Source of the DNA: Eledone cirrhosa
Lineage: Eukaryota
Reading direction: 5' to 3'
DNA: 64,000 nt
NCBI GenBank assembly: GCA_964016885.1
Contig: OZ024743.1
Coordinates: 342,736,001-342,800,000 of the forward strand
This document shows positions 39,301 to 51,841 of the stretch, in pieces. Each line of letters starts with the position of its first letter. Position 1 is the stretch's first letter. Under the pieces are notes generated by a model that had not been told where the DNA came from, did not search any database, and saw only the letters and a program-made list of their open reading frames with translations. Made by a program: the position numbers and the translations under genes.

Positions 39301-42300
39301 GCACCCTTAACTCACAGTTGGGTGCGGATGCATTCATGTATATATGTGTGTGTCCGCATGTATCTGTGTGTTTCTAAATATATTAATAACTCCCTCTGGT
39401 CGAGCAATTTTTGAAGTGTGGGGACAACTGGAAAGCTTCCATTACTCATACTTCTCGCCTTCTTCACTACCTCTTCTACGGCCTCGATATGAATACCCCC
39501 CCCCCCTCCTCCGTGGTATTTTCTTCGTGGTTATAAGAGGCTTAGCTCTGTTTCTCGACCGTTATATCGCGTGACTATCTCCCCCTCCGCCTTTTGGGAT
39601 TCTTTCTCACGTCGTGTAGACGCGTTCTTGAGACTAGTAAAATGAGGTATCCTCTTGATAAGTCGGCAGACCTCGCAAGGACTCTATATCTTTGATATAT
39701 TGTTTTTGTTTATGCCACGAAACTACGTAGTCGAGGAATTTAGGAACAGTTTAGGTATGATACATTTTATTACTAATTATATCTAAATGTTTCTTCTCTC
39801 TTCATAATGTATTTTTAACTCTGATACTGGTTCAGTCTGGTTCAAACTGAATTGGTCTGTCCCAGTCATTCATTGAGCAACATCGGTGAAGTTGGCACCC
39901 TTAACTCACAGTTGGGTGCGGATGCATTCATGTATATATGTGTGTGTCCGCATGTATCTGTGTGTTTCTAAATATATTAATAACTCCCTCTGGTCGAGCA
40001 ATCTTTGAAGTGTGGGGACAACTGGAAAGCTTCCATTACTCATACTTCTCGCCTTCTTCACTACCTCTTCTACGGCCTCGATATGAATACCCCCCCCCCC
40101 CCGCCTCCGTGGTATTTTCTTCGTGGTTATAAGAGGCTTAGCTCTGTTTCTCGACCGTTATATCGCGTGACTATCTCCCCCTCCGCCTTTTGGGATTCTT
40201 TCTCACGTCGTGTAGACGCGTTCTTGAGACTAGTAAAATGAGGTATCCTCTTGATAAGTCGGCAGACCTCGCAAGGACTCTATATCTTTGATATATTGTT
40301 TTTGTTTATGCCACGAAACTACGTAGTCGAGGAATTTAGGAACAGTTTAGGTATGATACATTTTATTACTAATTATATCTAAATGTTTCTTCTCTCTTCA
40401 TAATGTATTTTTAACTCTGATACTGGTTCAGTCTGGTTCAAACTGAATTGGTCTGTCCCAGTCATTCATTGAGCAACATCGGTGAAGTTGGCACCCTTAA
40501 CTCACAGTTGGGTGCGGATGCATTCATGTATATATGTGTGTGTCCGCATGTATCTGTGTGTTTCTAAATATATTAATAACTCCCTCTGGTCGAGCAATCT
40601 TTGAAGTGTGGGGACAACTGGAAAGCTTCCATTACTCATACTTCTCGCCTTCTTCACTACCTCTTCTACGGCCTCGATATGAATACCCCCCCCCCCCACC
40701 GCCTCCGTGGTATTTTCTTCGTGGTTATAAGAGGCTTAGCTCTGTTTCTCGACCGTTATATCGCGTGACTATCTCCCCCTCCGCCTTTTGGGATTCTTTC
40801 TCACGTCGTGTAGACGCGTTCTTGAGACTAGTAAAATGAGGTATCCTCTTGATAAGTCGGCAGACCTCGCAAGGACTCTATATCTTTGATATATTGTTTT
40901 TGTTTATGCCACGAAACTACGTAGTCGAGGAATTTAGGAACAGTTTAGGTATGATACATTTTATTACTAATTATATCTAAATGTTTCTTCTCTCTTCATA
41001 ATGTATTTTTAACTCTGATACTGGCTCAGTCTGGTTCAAACTGAATTGGTCTGTCCCAGTCATTCATTGAGCAACATCGGTGAAGTTGGCACCCTTAACT
41101 CACAGTTGGGTGCGGATGCATTCATGTATATATGTGTGTGTCCGCATGTATCTGTGTGTTTCTAAATATATTAATAACTCCCTCTGGTCGAGCAATCTTT
41201 GAAGTGTGGGGACAACTGGAAAGCTTCCATTACTCATACTTCTCGCCTTCTTCACTACCTCTTCTACGGCCTCGATATGAATACCCCCCCCCCCCCGCCT
41301 CCGTGGTATTTTCTTCGTGGTTATAAGAGGCTTAGCTCTGTTTCTCGACCGTTATATCGCGTGACTATCTCCCCCTCCGCCTTTTGGGATTCTTTCTCAC
41401 GTCGTGTAGACGCGTTCTTGAGACTAGTAAAATGAGGTATCCTCTTGATAAGTCGGCAGACCTCGCAAGGACTCTATATCTTTGATATATTGTTTTTGTT
41501 TATGCCACGAAACTACGTAGTCGAGGAATTTAGGAACAGTTTAGGTATGATACATTTTATTACTAATTATATCTAAATGTTTCTTCTCTCTTCATAATGT
41601 ATTTTTAACTCTGATACTGGCTCAGTCTGGTTCAAACTGAATTGGTCTGTCCCAGTCATTCATTGAGCAACATCGGTGAAGTTGGCACCCTTAACTCACA
41701 GTTGGGTGCGGATGCATTCATGTATATATGTGTGTGTCCGCATGTATCTGTGTGTTTCTAAATATATTAATAACTCCCTCTGGTCGAGCAATCTTTGAAG
41801 TGTGGGGACAACTGGAAAGCTTCCATTACTCATACTTCTCGCCTTCTTCACTACCTCTTCTACGGCCTCGATATGAATACCCCCCCCCCCGCCTCCGTGG
41901 TATTTTCTTCGTGGTTATAAGAGGCTTAGCTCTGTTTCTCGACCGTTATATCGCGTGACTATCTCCCCCTCCGCCTTTTGGGATTCTTTCTCACGTCGTG
42001 TAGACGCGTTCTTGAGACTAGTAAAATGAGGTATCCTCTTGATAAGTCGGCAGACCTCGCAAGGACTCTATATCTTTGATATATTGTTTTTGTTTATGCC
42101 ACGAAACTACGTAGTCGAGGAATTTAGGAACAGTTTAGGTATGATACATTTTATTACTAATTATATCTAAATGTTTCTTCTCTCTTCATAATGTATTTTT
42201 AACTCTGATACTGGTTCAGTCTGGTTCAAACTGAATTGGTCTGTCCCAGTCATTCATTGAGCAACATCGGTGAAGTTGGCACCCTTAACTCACAGTTGCG

Positions 42301-42352
42301 TGCGGATGCATTCATGTATATATGTGTGTGTCCGCATGTATCTGTGTGTTTC

Positions 42353-42360
<8 letters not shown>
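36360..42360. repeat. Tandem array of ~591-598-bp non-coding HHR units (about 10 units): ~2.1 on minus (36360-37628), ~8 on plus (37627-42360)
   Basis: Near-identical units differing mainly in poly-C length; (TA)n at both ends; inversion junction gactacgt|ggggacaac. Confidence 0.97.
37863..37950 (+). ncRNA. Type I HHR with U3-A8 core; further copies start at 38460, 39056, 39650, 40246, 40844, 41440, 42034 (+) and span 36432-36519, 37025-37112 (-)
   Basis: tcctc TTGATAA gtcggca...tgccac GAAA ctacgtag TC gagga. Confidence 0.85.
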
Positions 42361-42395
<35 letters not shown>

Positions 42396-42769
42396 TTCGT
42401 TTTGAGTTGTTTTGCAAGATTTTTTTAATCTTAAGACGTGTGTTGAAACATATTGTTATCCTTTGGAATGGTCATACTGCCACTATAATCAAGCACCTGT
42501 TGATATTTACTTCAATTTATTATAAACTTCAAGTTGGTTGGTTTAATAACCGGATGGTTGCGTATTTGTTTTTTGTCAAAGTTCTTTTGTCACACGTTCT
42601 GTGACCTCCTCGGTAACTATTTTTTTAATTTGTGTCTCCTTTGTTCTACCTTACACCATCTTGTTTATGTGAGCTGTTTGCTTTCTACTTGGATTGCGCT
42701 TGCGTTATATCCTGGTGATTGCGTGCTTTTATTTATTTATTGTTTATTTAGAAAGGATAAATGAACACT

Positions 42770-42963
42770 GACGAGGACTCCAAGATGGGAAGAACTTATC
42801 CGTATTCCACCAATATGCCAGAATGGAACCTGGGGCCACACTAGAGAACATAGAAATAAAACTCATATCCACACACAGAGCAGGCGCAATGCTCCGACAG
42901 ATTACAGAAGCGACAAACATAAACGAACTCCAACCAAAACTAGGCAGAAAACGAGTGGAATAG
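42770..42963 (+). pseudogene. GIY-YIG C-terminal fragment related to 10064-10450
   Basis: QYARMEPGATLENIEIKLISTHRAGAMLRQITEATNINELQPKLGRK aligns with HARQRHGGNIDNIKIKIIPKHRND...PKLNRK. Confidence 0.6.
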
Positions 42964-43068
42964 CAACAACATCACAACTAGTAATTAAAGACAAGAAAAA
43001 GACATACAGAGACACATAAGAACAAAACTAATAAACCAAACCTGACACACCAAGATAAATAAATAAAT

Positions 43069-43128
<60 letters not shown>

Positions 43129-43420
43129 ACACACACACACACACACGAATATAATGCATGTGCAACCCAAGTATACAGCTCACAAAGACATAATAGTGTA
43201 TGTAGAAGAGGAAAAAGGAGAGACAAAGTAACAATTTAGCCACTGAAGACGTTACCGAAAGTGTGATAAAAGAGCTTTGACAATAAACAAATAAACAACC
43301 ATCCAGTTATTAAACTTACCTACTGGAAGTTTATATAAATCGAAAGTGAAAACCAACAGGTGCGTGTGCTTTTATTGGCAGTGACACTCTCAGATTATAA
43401 TTATATATATATATATATGT

Positions 43421-43512
<92 letters not shown>

Positions 43513-43773
43513 AATAAAAGGAAAGCGCAAACAAGGGACAGTTCCCTCTTCAATTGTCTGCGGGAGGTCACCGGCATTTCAACGCATTAAAGACAATATG
43601 TCTCACTCCAGTGTGTCAATAACTTTTGAATTTTATTGGGGAAGGAAAAAAAGGAGAGAGGAAAAATAAATTAAACAAAAGTGAAAAAAAAGAAAAAGAC
43701 GCAGAGAACATATCGATAAAGGGGGGAGGGCATGCGAGGAGAACCACATGTATGTAAGTAACCGGGAGAGAGG

Positions 43774-43828
<55 letters not shown>

Positions 43829-45174
43829 TCAAACCAGCGGCTGAACAAGTCCGAGGCCTTATTGAAAGCGAGATAGGGAGAGCGAAGAAAAAGAGTCTAA
43901 CCTCGGCGGGAGAAGGCGAAAAGAGGCAGAGACAAGAGAAAACGGAAGTAGTAAGGGGGCAGAGAGAAAGAGAGTAGAGGTGAGAGGGAGAGAGAGAGGG
44001 GAAGAGAGAGAGAAGGGAGAGAAATAAAGAAAGGGAAAGAGTTAATAATAACAACAAGGGAAATGGCGAGAAAGAAAGAAAGGTCACAGCAAAAAATTAA
44101 TAAAAGTTTAGAAGAAACAAGGGGCTGTGTGGTTACTTAATAAAGTGTGTTTGTGTGTCTGCGTGTGTATGTATGTGCGTGCGCGCGTGTGTGTGTGTGT
44201 GTGTGTGTGTAGGTGCCACACAGTTGGATTGCAAAGTGATCATTTTAGCCACCCAGCAAAGCTTTCAAGCACATTAGGAAAAACACACTGGAATAGAACG
44301 AAGTTGAACTTTCTATTATATTTTTACATCACAAGTAGGAAAATATTAGTTTAGGTTTACGCTGAAAGCACAAAAACAAATTATGCAATATTACATAAGT
44401 TTAGCGATATAAAGAGACAAATAGATATAGATCTCAGCTTGTTTCCTATTTCTAAAAATTATAATCAAATGTAATTTTTATTTCACGTTGTCCACAGTTT
44501 TTCTTTCTTTTTTTTTAGGGGACGGGGTTCAGTCTTTCATACTTCATTTTTTTCTCCGTTTATTTTGTTTGTATTTTTGCCAACTCACTCAACCACTAAG
44601 CTGTTCATCATGGTTTGTTTGTTTTTTTTCTCAGTTTCTTATCTAAATGAATTTTTCCCATTCATCTCAAATATCTTCACTCTGGTAAACAACTTTATTT
44701 ATCTATGTTGATCAAGGGATACCCTTCTACATTTACTTAGTGATTACTTCATCAATATAATCTATGACTGACAATTGTATAAGGAATAAAAGTGGCCAGC
44801 CGAACGGCGACGTCAAAATCTCGACTTATTACGACAGGCATTTATCATAGTGTTCTGTTGACTGGCATAATTTGAGTTTGATCTTTCAGGGAATCGAAGG
44901 TTTATGTGTCTAAGATTCATATTATTTTATGTGTTTCAGCTTGTGAGATAAAGTTTAGTGGTAACATTTTCAAAAATATTACTGAAACCATTGTATAATC
45001 AGATAAGTCTTCATACAGATAACACACTCTTGAGAATATGGTTATCATTTTGCAGAAGTTGTTTCAGACAGTTTCTTTCGCAATGAAAACCAATTCAAGT
45101 GGTTTCTATAAATCTAAACTGGCCATTAGTCTTATGCATATTATCCTCTCCAGATCTTTTGATAAATGCGATAT

Positions 45175-45253
<79 letters not shown>

Positions 45254-45265
45254 CGTATGTTCCTG

Positions 45266-45575
45266 TGTGAAGGCGCATGGCTTAGTGGTTAGAGCGTCGG
45301 GCTTACAATCGTGAGGTCCTGAGTTCTTGAGAAAGGCACTTTATTTCACGTTGCTCCAGTTCACTCAGCTATAGAAATGACTTGCGACGTCACTGGTGCC
45401 AAGCTGTATCGGCCATTGCCTTTCCCTTGGACAACATCGATGGCGTGGAGAGGGGAGACTGGTATGCATGGGCAACTGGTGGTCTTCCACAAACAACCTT
45501 GTCCGAACTTGTGCCACGGAGGGGAACTTTCTAGGAGCAAATCCTATGATCATTCGTGACTGAAGAGGGGGTTTT
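45266..45575 (+). mobile_element. tRNA-derived SINE of a second family, B box apparently truncated
   Basis: ggcgcaTGGCTTAGTGGttagagcg A box and tRNA-like head ending gagttc; central ggcactttatttcacgttgctccagttcactcagct domain. Confidence 0.8.
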
Positions 45576-45579
45576 ACTT

Positions 45580-45612
<33 letters not shown>

Positions 45613-46197
45613 GTGTATATATATATATAAATGTATGTATGTATATATATATGTGTGTATATAAATATATATGTGTTTATATATATATATTTTTTTTTTT
45701 TTTAATATAGAAAAGCTTGTACAGGACTAGAAATATTTCATTCGTGAGAAATCATCAGGAAGCTGACTGTCCAAGTAAATGTGGTGGTATTTATATCTCT
45801 TCTGTTGATAGGAGATGGTGGGGATTGGGATGGGTTGAGATCATTGGTTGATGGATTTAAAGAAAATGGAGTTCATTGAAAGCTAATTCTTTAAGCTATA
45901 ATTTATATTAACAAAGGCAGAAAGAATGCTGTAAACCGGTTCAAATTGGAATACCAGTCCTTGTTTATCTCTTAAACTAACAATGCCTGTAAGTCAGGTG
46001 TCTACAGGATGGATGGGGTTCATTGATTTAAAGAAAAGGAAAATTCTTTAGAAGCTAATTCTTTAAGGTGAAATTAGGGTGAAAAGGGCAGAAAGAATTC
46101 TATAAACAGGTTCAAGTGTTGGGTGCTTCCCCTTATTGTGGAGTTTCTCTTAATTTATATTCCAGGTGTCAACAGGCACATTCACAAACGCGCCCAC

Positions 46198-46235
<38 letters not shown>

Positions 46236-46343
46236 GCAGACACACACAACAAATATACATATAAATACATACATACATATATATATGTTTGTTTGTATTT
46301 ATTTTTAATAAATTTCAAAAAATTCACTGTACTTACTACATGT

Positions 46344-46424
46344 GCCTTTACCGCGGTTTCAGATCCCAAACAAATAGTTAATCCAAGCGGATTTACATTG
46401 AGAAAGCGATCATCGTCAGAAGGC
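46344..46424 (-). ncRNA. Type I HHR in a ~440-bp insert bounded by direct repeats
   Basis: gcctt CTGACGA tgatc...gatct GAAA ccgcgg TA aaggc; tttcaaaaaattcact[g/a]tactta at ~46313 and ~46752. Confidence 0.8.
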
Positions 46425-46843
46425 TTTTCTCACTCGGAGAATATAAAATTCCCGAGTTCAAATTACAAACTGGCGCCATACAAAACTGTTCCATAATGAG
46501 AGTGAATGAATGATGAAACAATTTTGCCTAGTACCGTGTGCAAAGACAGAAAGCGATGTGGACAGGTCAATCCTGTGCTACCGTTGGGAATAATAATAAT
46601 AAAAGTATGTGTTCCTACATGTAAATAATACACATAGGGATACAAGTATTGTCCGACCGTATGCCAGTGTGGTTCAATGTCAAGTTAATAAATTAACAAG
46701 CCAGAACATAAAATCAAGGGAAAGCAAATAAAGAAAAAATGTTAAAATAATTTTCAAAAAATTCACTATACTTAATATATGTGAGAGAAAGAGGATAGCA
46801 GTAAGAGAAGAGAAAAAGACAGGTCACAGCGAAGGGGAAAGCA

Positions 46844-46949
46844 TATAGGAATGAAAAATGGCGTGCTGTGTTGTTGCAAATGTGATAAATTCATTTTATT
46901 TTGTATATCACAACTGCAAGAACACAGCACGCCATTTTTCATTCCTATA
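46844..46949. repeat. ~105-bp hairpin (MITE-like or fold-back)
   Basis: ataggaatgaaaaatggcgtgctgtgtt ... aacacagcacgccatttttcattcctat. Confidence 0.85.
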
Positions 46950-47516
46950 TATATACATACATACATATATACACGCATACATACACGTATATACAAATAC
47001 ACACAAACATACACATACATATACACACACATACACACATATATATGTGTATATATACACATATACATACATATGCACATACATATATATATACAATTAT
47101 ACACACATATAGACAGATATATATATATATACACATACACACATATATATATATACATGCACACATACATACAAAGAAACATACATATATATACACATAT
47201 ATTCCCACATATATATACATATATATATAAACACACGCGTACACAAATATATACAGACAGGTACACATACATACATACATACATACATACATACATACAT
47301 ACATACATACATACATACATACATACATACATACATACACTCATATATATACACATATACACATACATACATGTATAAAAATGATTTACGCTCTACATGT
47401 GGAAAAAGCAGATAAGTAAGAAGTACTTACATAACCATAGTGCCGTGTTTCGGGTTGAGAGGGGTAGGGGTAGGGTGGGAAGGAGGTGTGGGGGCGGGTA
47501 TTTTGTCGAGTGGGGG

Positions 47517-49240
47517 GTTAAGAAAATCTTTTTTAGCCATCTGGCATCAACGCTGGCGTAAGGTATTTGAAAGTTGCAAAGTTTGTGTGCATACAATTCG
47601 GGCAATGTTCAGGGAGTTTGTTCAGTAGCGGGCCCTTCGCAAATAATATTTCATAGCTCTCTAAAATACAAAGGTCGCAGCACTTGTGCCCTCCCTTGTA
47701 TAAGCGCGCTTTCTGGAGTATTTTCCATTTAAGCGTGAAGGGGGAAGTTCCTTTTGAGGCCCCAGACATAGGAAGCGAGTGTTGTCTGATTTGATTTGTC
47801 CGGTCTTCTGAAAGAGTGGGTATGGGCATACCACCGGGTCTTAAAATTATTGGAAGTCATGCCGATGTAAGTCTTTTTGCTGTTGTCGTCATCGATGCCT
47901 GAGGTGACATCACATTTGTATACGATTTCGTTTATCAGGCATTTGTTTTCAAGTGGGCAGGCTTGCTTATTTTGGCATTTGCACAAGGTTCGCGTCCGGG
48001 GATTGGGTTCCGAGGTAGTAGGCTTATTTAATTTGTTAGTGTTGAGATTGGCTATATTCCTAGCTAGGTTAGGTGTAGTGGAGTAGGAGAGTCTTATTGT
48101 GTTCTTATTGAAGATGGTGTCGTATCTATATTGTATAGGAAGTGCGTTTTCAGCAAAATGAAGAAAGTTCTAGCTACAGGTGTAGAGACCTCTCTATTGA
48201 AGGGGGGTTGTACCAACTAATCTGCCTATGCCTATTCCTCCTAGGTATTCTTGGGGTGGTTTCTAAGTAAGTGATATTTTCTTTAAATGCGCTGCGGGCG
48301 AGGGCGTCGTTGTAGTAGGAGACAGAGGCGTTAAACATATCTTCATTGGCCGAGAGGCCGGAGATTCTAATTGAGACGCTTTTTACTAAGTTTTCTTCTG
48401 GGGGTGATTAGAATTAACATTAATATATCTAAGGGACTCGTTAGGTTTGTGGTACGGGTAATAGAGGGAAGTATCTAGGTCGTGAGTGACATCTAAAAAG
48501 TTGGCCCTAGTCATATTAGATTATATGCTTATTCTAAATCCTAGATTACGGAAGAACGAGCTTAACTTTCTCCGAAACCCATCAGTGGTTCTGGGGTTAA
48601 CCTTGTTCAAGGCGAAGAGGCCGTCGTCTCGGGATAATCCTCCGGTAAGGCCAGTGAAGAAGTTATTCAGGTGATGTAAGATGTACAGGCCCACGAGGTC
48701 GCTTATTTTAGCCGAGTCACTTGCTCCCAGGCTGACGTCAAAAGGAGTCTGAGACTTCTTGTTGTTCCAGTAAGATCCTAGGTGGTGTAGAAAGGTGTTA
48801 CAGGCGTGGAGGATCACATCTTGCTCAACGTCGGTTATGGTGGTAAAATTCCTGGCAAAAGCAAGTACATCCTTCATTAGGGGCTCTGAGATAGAAGCAT
48901 AGTAGTCTTCTATGTCGAGTTGCAGGAAGCGAGTGTGGCTTTTGTCGGGAAATTCTTGGAACCAAGAGATTGCCTCGGATGCTCTACTCCAAAGTAGGAG
49001 TGGTGAAGCATCTCGCAGTGATGGTAGAACTCTATCGAGGATCTTTTTGCTGATAGAGCCGATGTCCGAACGTGTGGGGTTGATAAGTCTAACTGATGGT
49101 TGGTTGAGGAAGTTTCCTTTGTGGCCCTTCAGGGTAAAGTGCGGGGTCTTTACCCTTAAAGGTTCCGTTCGGTCGTGTAGTTTAAGGGACTTGGCAATTT
49201 CTTTTCCGGCCGCATTGGTCTCAGTCATGGCCATCTCATT
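47517..49240 (-). pseudogene. PLE RT and GIY-YIG remnant, closely related to 51842-53989
   Basis: HFTLKGHK, VRLINPTRSDIG, LDIEDYYASIS, GLSRDD, CKC...CPLENKCL, YIGMT, CDLCILE. Confidence 0.93.
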
Positions 49241-49265
49241 CACCTGTGTGTGTATAAATATATAA

Positions 49266-49357
<92 letters not shown>

Positions 49358-49410
49358 GTGTGTGTTTATATATGTGTATGTGTATATATGTGCATATATG
49401 TGTATATATT

Positions 49411-49451
<41 letters not shown>

Positions 49452-49532
49452 ATGTATGTATATGTATGTATATGTGTATGTGTATATATATATATATGTG
49501 AGAAAAACCACATACCCTCCATCTCAATTCTA

Positions 49533-49568
49533 CTTTTGAAAAGCAGAAGAACTGCGAAACCGGTAAAG
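49533..49568 (+). ncRNA. Minimal HHR with U3-A8 core
   Basis: ctt TTGAAAA gcag aagaa ctgc GAAA ccgg TA aag, then AATAAA. Confidence 0.68.
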
Positions 49569-50327
49569 GAACCAAATAAATATATATTTCTAAAAAGAAA
49601 GACTCCAGTTGCATTTTCGATTTCATCTTTTTTCCTTATACTTTTACTCGTGTAGGACACCTCGGTTATTTTTTCATTTTGTAAAAAAAAACTCACTTTC
49701 AAATAACATATATATATATATATGTATATATATGTATATATGTGTGTGTGTATGTATTTATATGTATGTTTGTTGTGTGTGTGTCTGCCTGTGCGTGCGT
49801 GTGTGCGTGTGTGTGTATGTGCGTAAGTGGGCGGCACCCCAACACTTGAACCTGTTTATAGAATTCTTTCTGCCTTTGTCACCCTAAATTCAGCCGTAAA
49901 GAATTATCTTCTAAAGAATTTCCCTTTTCTTTAAACCAATGAACCCACCCATCCTGTAGACATCTGACTTACAGGCATTGTTAGTTTAAGAGATAAACAA
50001 GGACTGGTATTCCAATTTGAACCTGTTTACAGTATTCTCTCTGCCTTTGTTAATATAAATTATAGCTTTACTGAATTAGCTTTTAATGAACTCCATTTTC
50101 TTTAAATCCATCAACCAATGACCTCCACCCATCCCAATCCCCACCCTCTCCTACCACCAGAAAAGATATAAATACCACCACATTTACTTGGACAATCAGC
50201 TACCTGATGATTTCTCACGAATGAAACAGTTCTAGTCCTCTAGAAGCTTTTTCTATATTAAAACAATTATACTATGCTATGTCTTTAGTACCTTACTTAC
50301 TGTCGTTACCCCCGATTGAACCCGGAA

Positions 50328-50415
<88 letters not shown>

Positions 50416-50989
50416 ATAGAAGGAGCTTCTACAGGACTAGTACTGTTTCATTCAGATGAAATCTTCAGGAAGCCGGGTGTCATATTAAGTTCTGGTATTT
50501 ATACATTTAGGTAGTGGTAAGGGAGGGGTGGTGGCTGGGAGGGGGGGGGGGGGGTAGATGGTATTTAGATACACAGGACCACAACATGGCACAGGCCGTT
50601 TTTTCTTGGGGGAGTGGTCAATTAGCCAGAGTGCTTTTGTGAAATAAAAGGAAAAGAAAAAGAAAAAGTAAATAAATAAGTAAATAAATAAATAAATAAA
50701 TAAATGAATAAATAGATAAATGAATAAATAAATAAAAATAAATAAAAATAAATAAAAACCCCAAGAATAGTAATTCAACAGATATATAGTAAGGAAATTT
50801 TTTTAGGTGGGTTGGTATTAGAAGATAAACAAGACCGAATCATGGCACAGACTGAGGTGAGTGGTCAAGTTAACATACAAGCTTCAGGTGGCCAGAGTGT
50901 TTTTGTAGAATGGAAGGAATAAAATATATTTACATACTCACAACCACATACATAAACACTTACACATACATATATATATGCATACCTAT

Positions 50990-51040
<51 letters not shown>

Positions 51041-51369
51041 CATACACATATATATATATATACACACAAGAAAAAACACATACACACAAATATACACACA
51101 CACACGAATACACATACACACACATATATATGCATACACACATATATACATATACATACACATATATCTACACATACACACGTGCATATACACATATATA
51201 TATACACACATACATGTATGTATGTCTCTCGGTATAAACTATACTATACATACATATACATATATATGCACACACATACATACATACACATACATACACA
51301 CACACAAACACATACATACACACATATACATATATACATATACACACATACATACACATACATATACAT

Positions 51370-51416
<47 letters not shown>

Positions 51417-51841
51417 CACATATACATGCACACACGCATACATACACATACACACATACAAATATGTACACATAAACATATACACGCACTCGTTCGCACA
51501 CATACATGTATCTATAATATATTGGGAAAAGGTAGTGGGACAAATTATAAACTGATCCTGATCGAGGATTAAAATAATTATTATTATAACTACTAAGTTA
51601 TTAATATTATCATCAAGTAATTAATTACTATTTATTTTTTACTATTTACCATTCACTATTCATTACCTATCTTTTATCTTTTATCCATTCATTACCTAAT
51701 CATTCACTTATTAATTAATAAATAAATGAGTTAACTAACAAACATATTGAGTACCTTACTTACTGTGGTTATCCCCGACTCAACCCGGGACCTACGTATC
51801 CAAGCACACCCTAGTGCCCTTATAACCATCCTCAAGAAAAT

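Larger units (their letters stand above)
45700..50332 (-). mobile_element. 5'-truncated PLE with inverted terminal repeats and nested inserts
   Basis: 45700-46270 is the reverse complement of ~49750-50262; HHR remnants at ~45715-45765 (-) and ~50198-50248 (+). Confidence 0.85.

Noticed and set aside
36360-42360. Repeated short ORFs (MCVSACIC..., MKCGDNWK...) as tandem genes, or a CRISPR-like array
   Set aside because: Frames change with poly-C length, there are no recognisable domains and no unique spacers
43238-43290. CTGAAGA...GAAA motif downstream of the 42.8-kb nuclease fragment
   Set aside because: Helices I and III do not pair; at best a decayed HHR
45270-45330. tRNA gene
   Set aside because: Lacks a complete T arm and acceptor stem and continues into a SINE body
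48521-49837. 438-aa ORF as a host-RT fusion protein
   Set aside because: The N-terminal half is stop-free microsatellite and unrelated inserts fused by chance to a truncated RT
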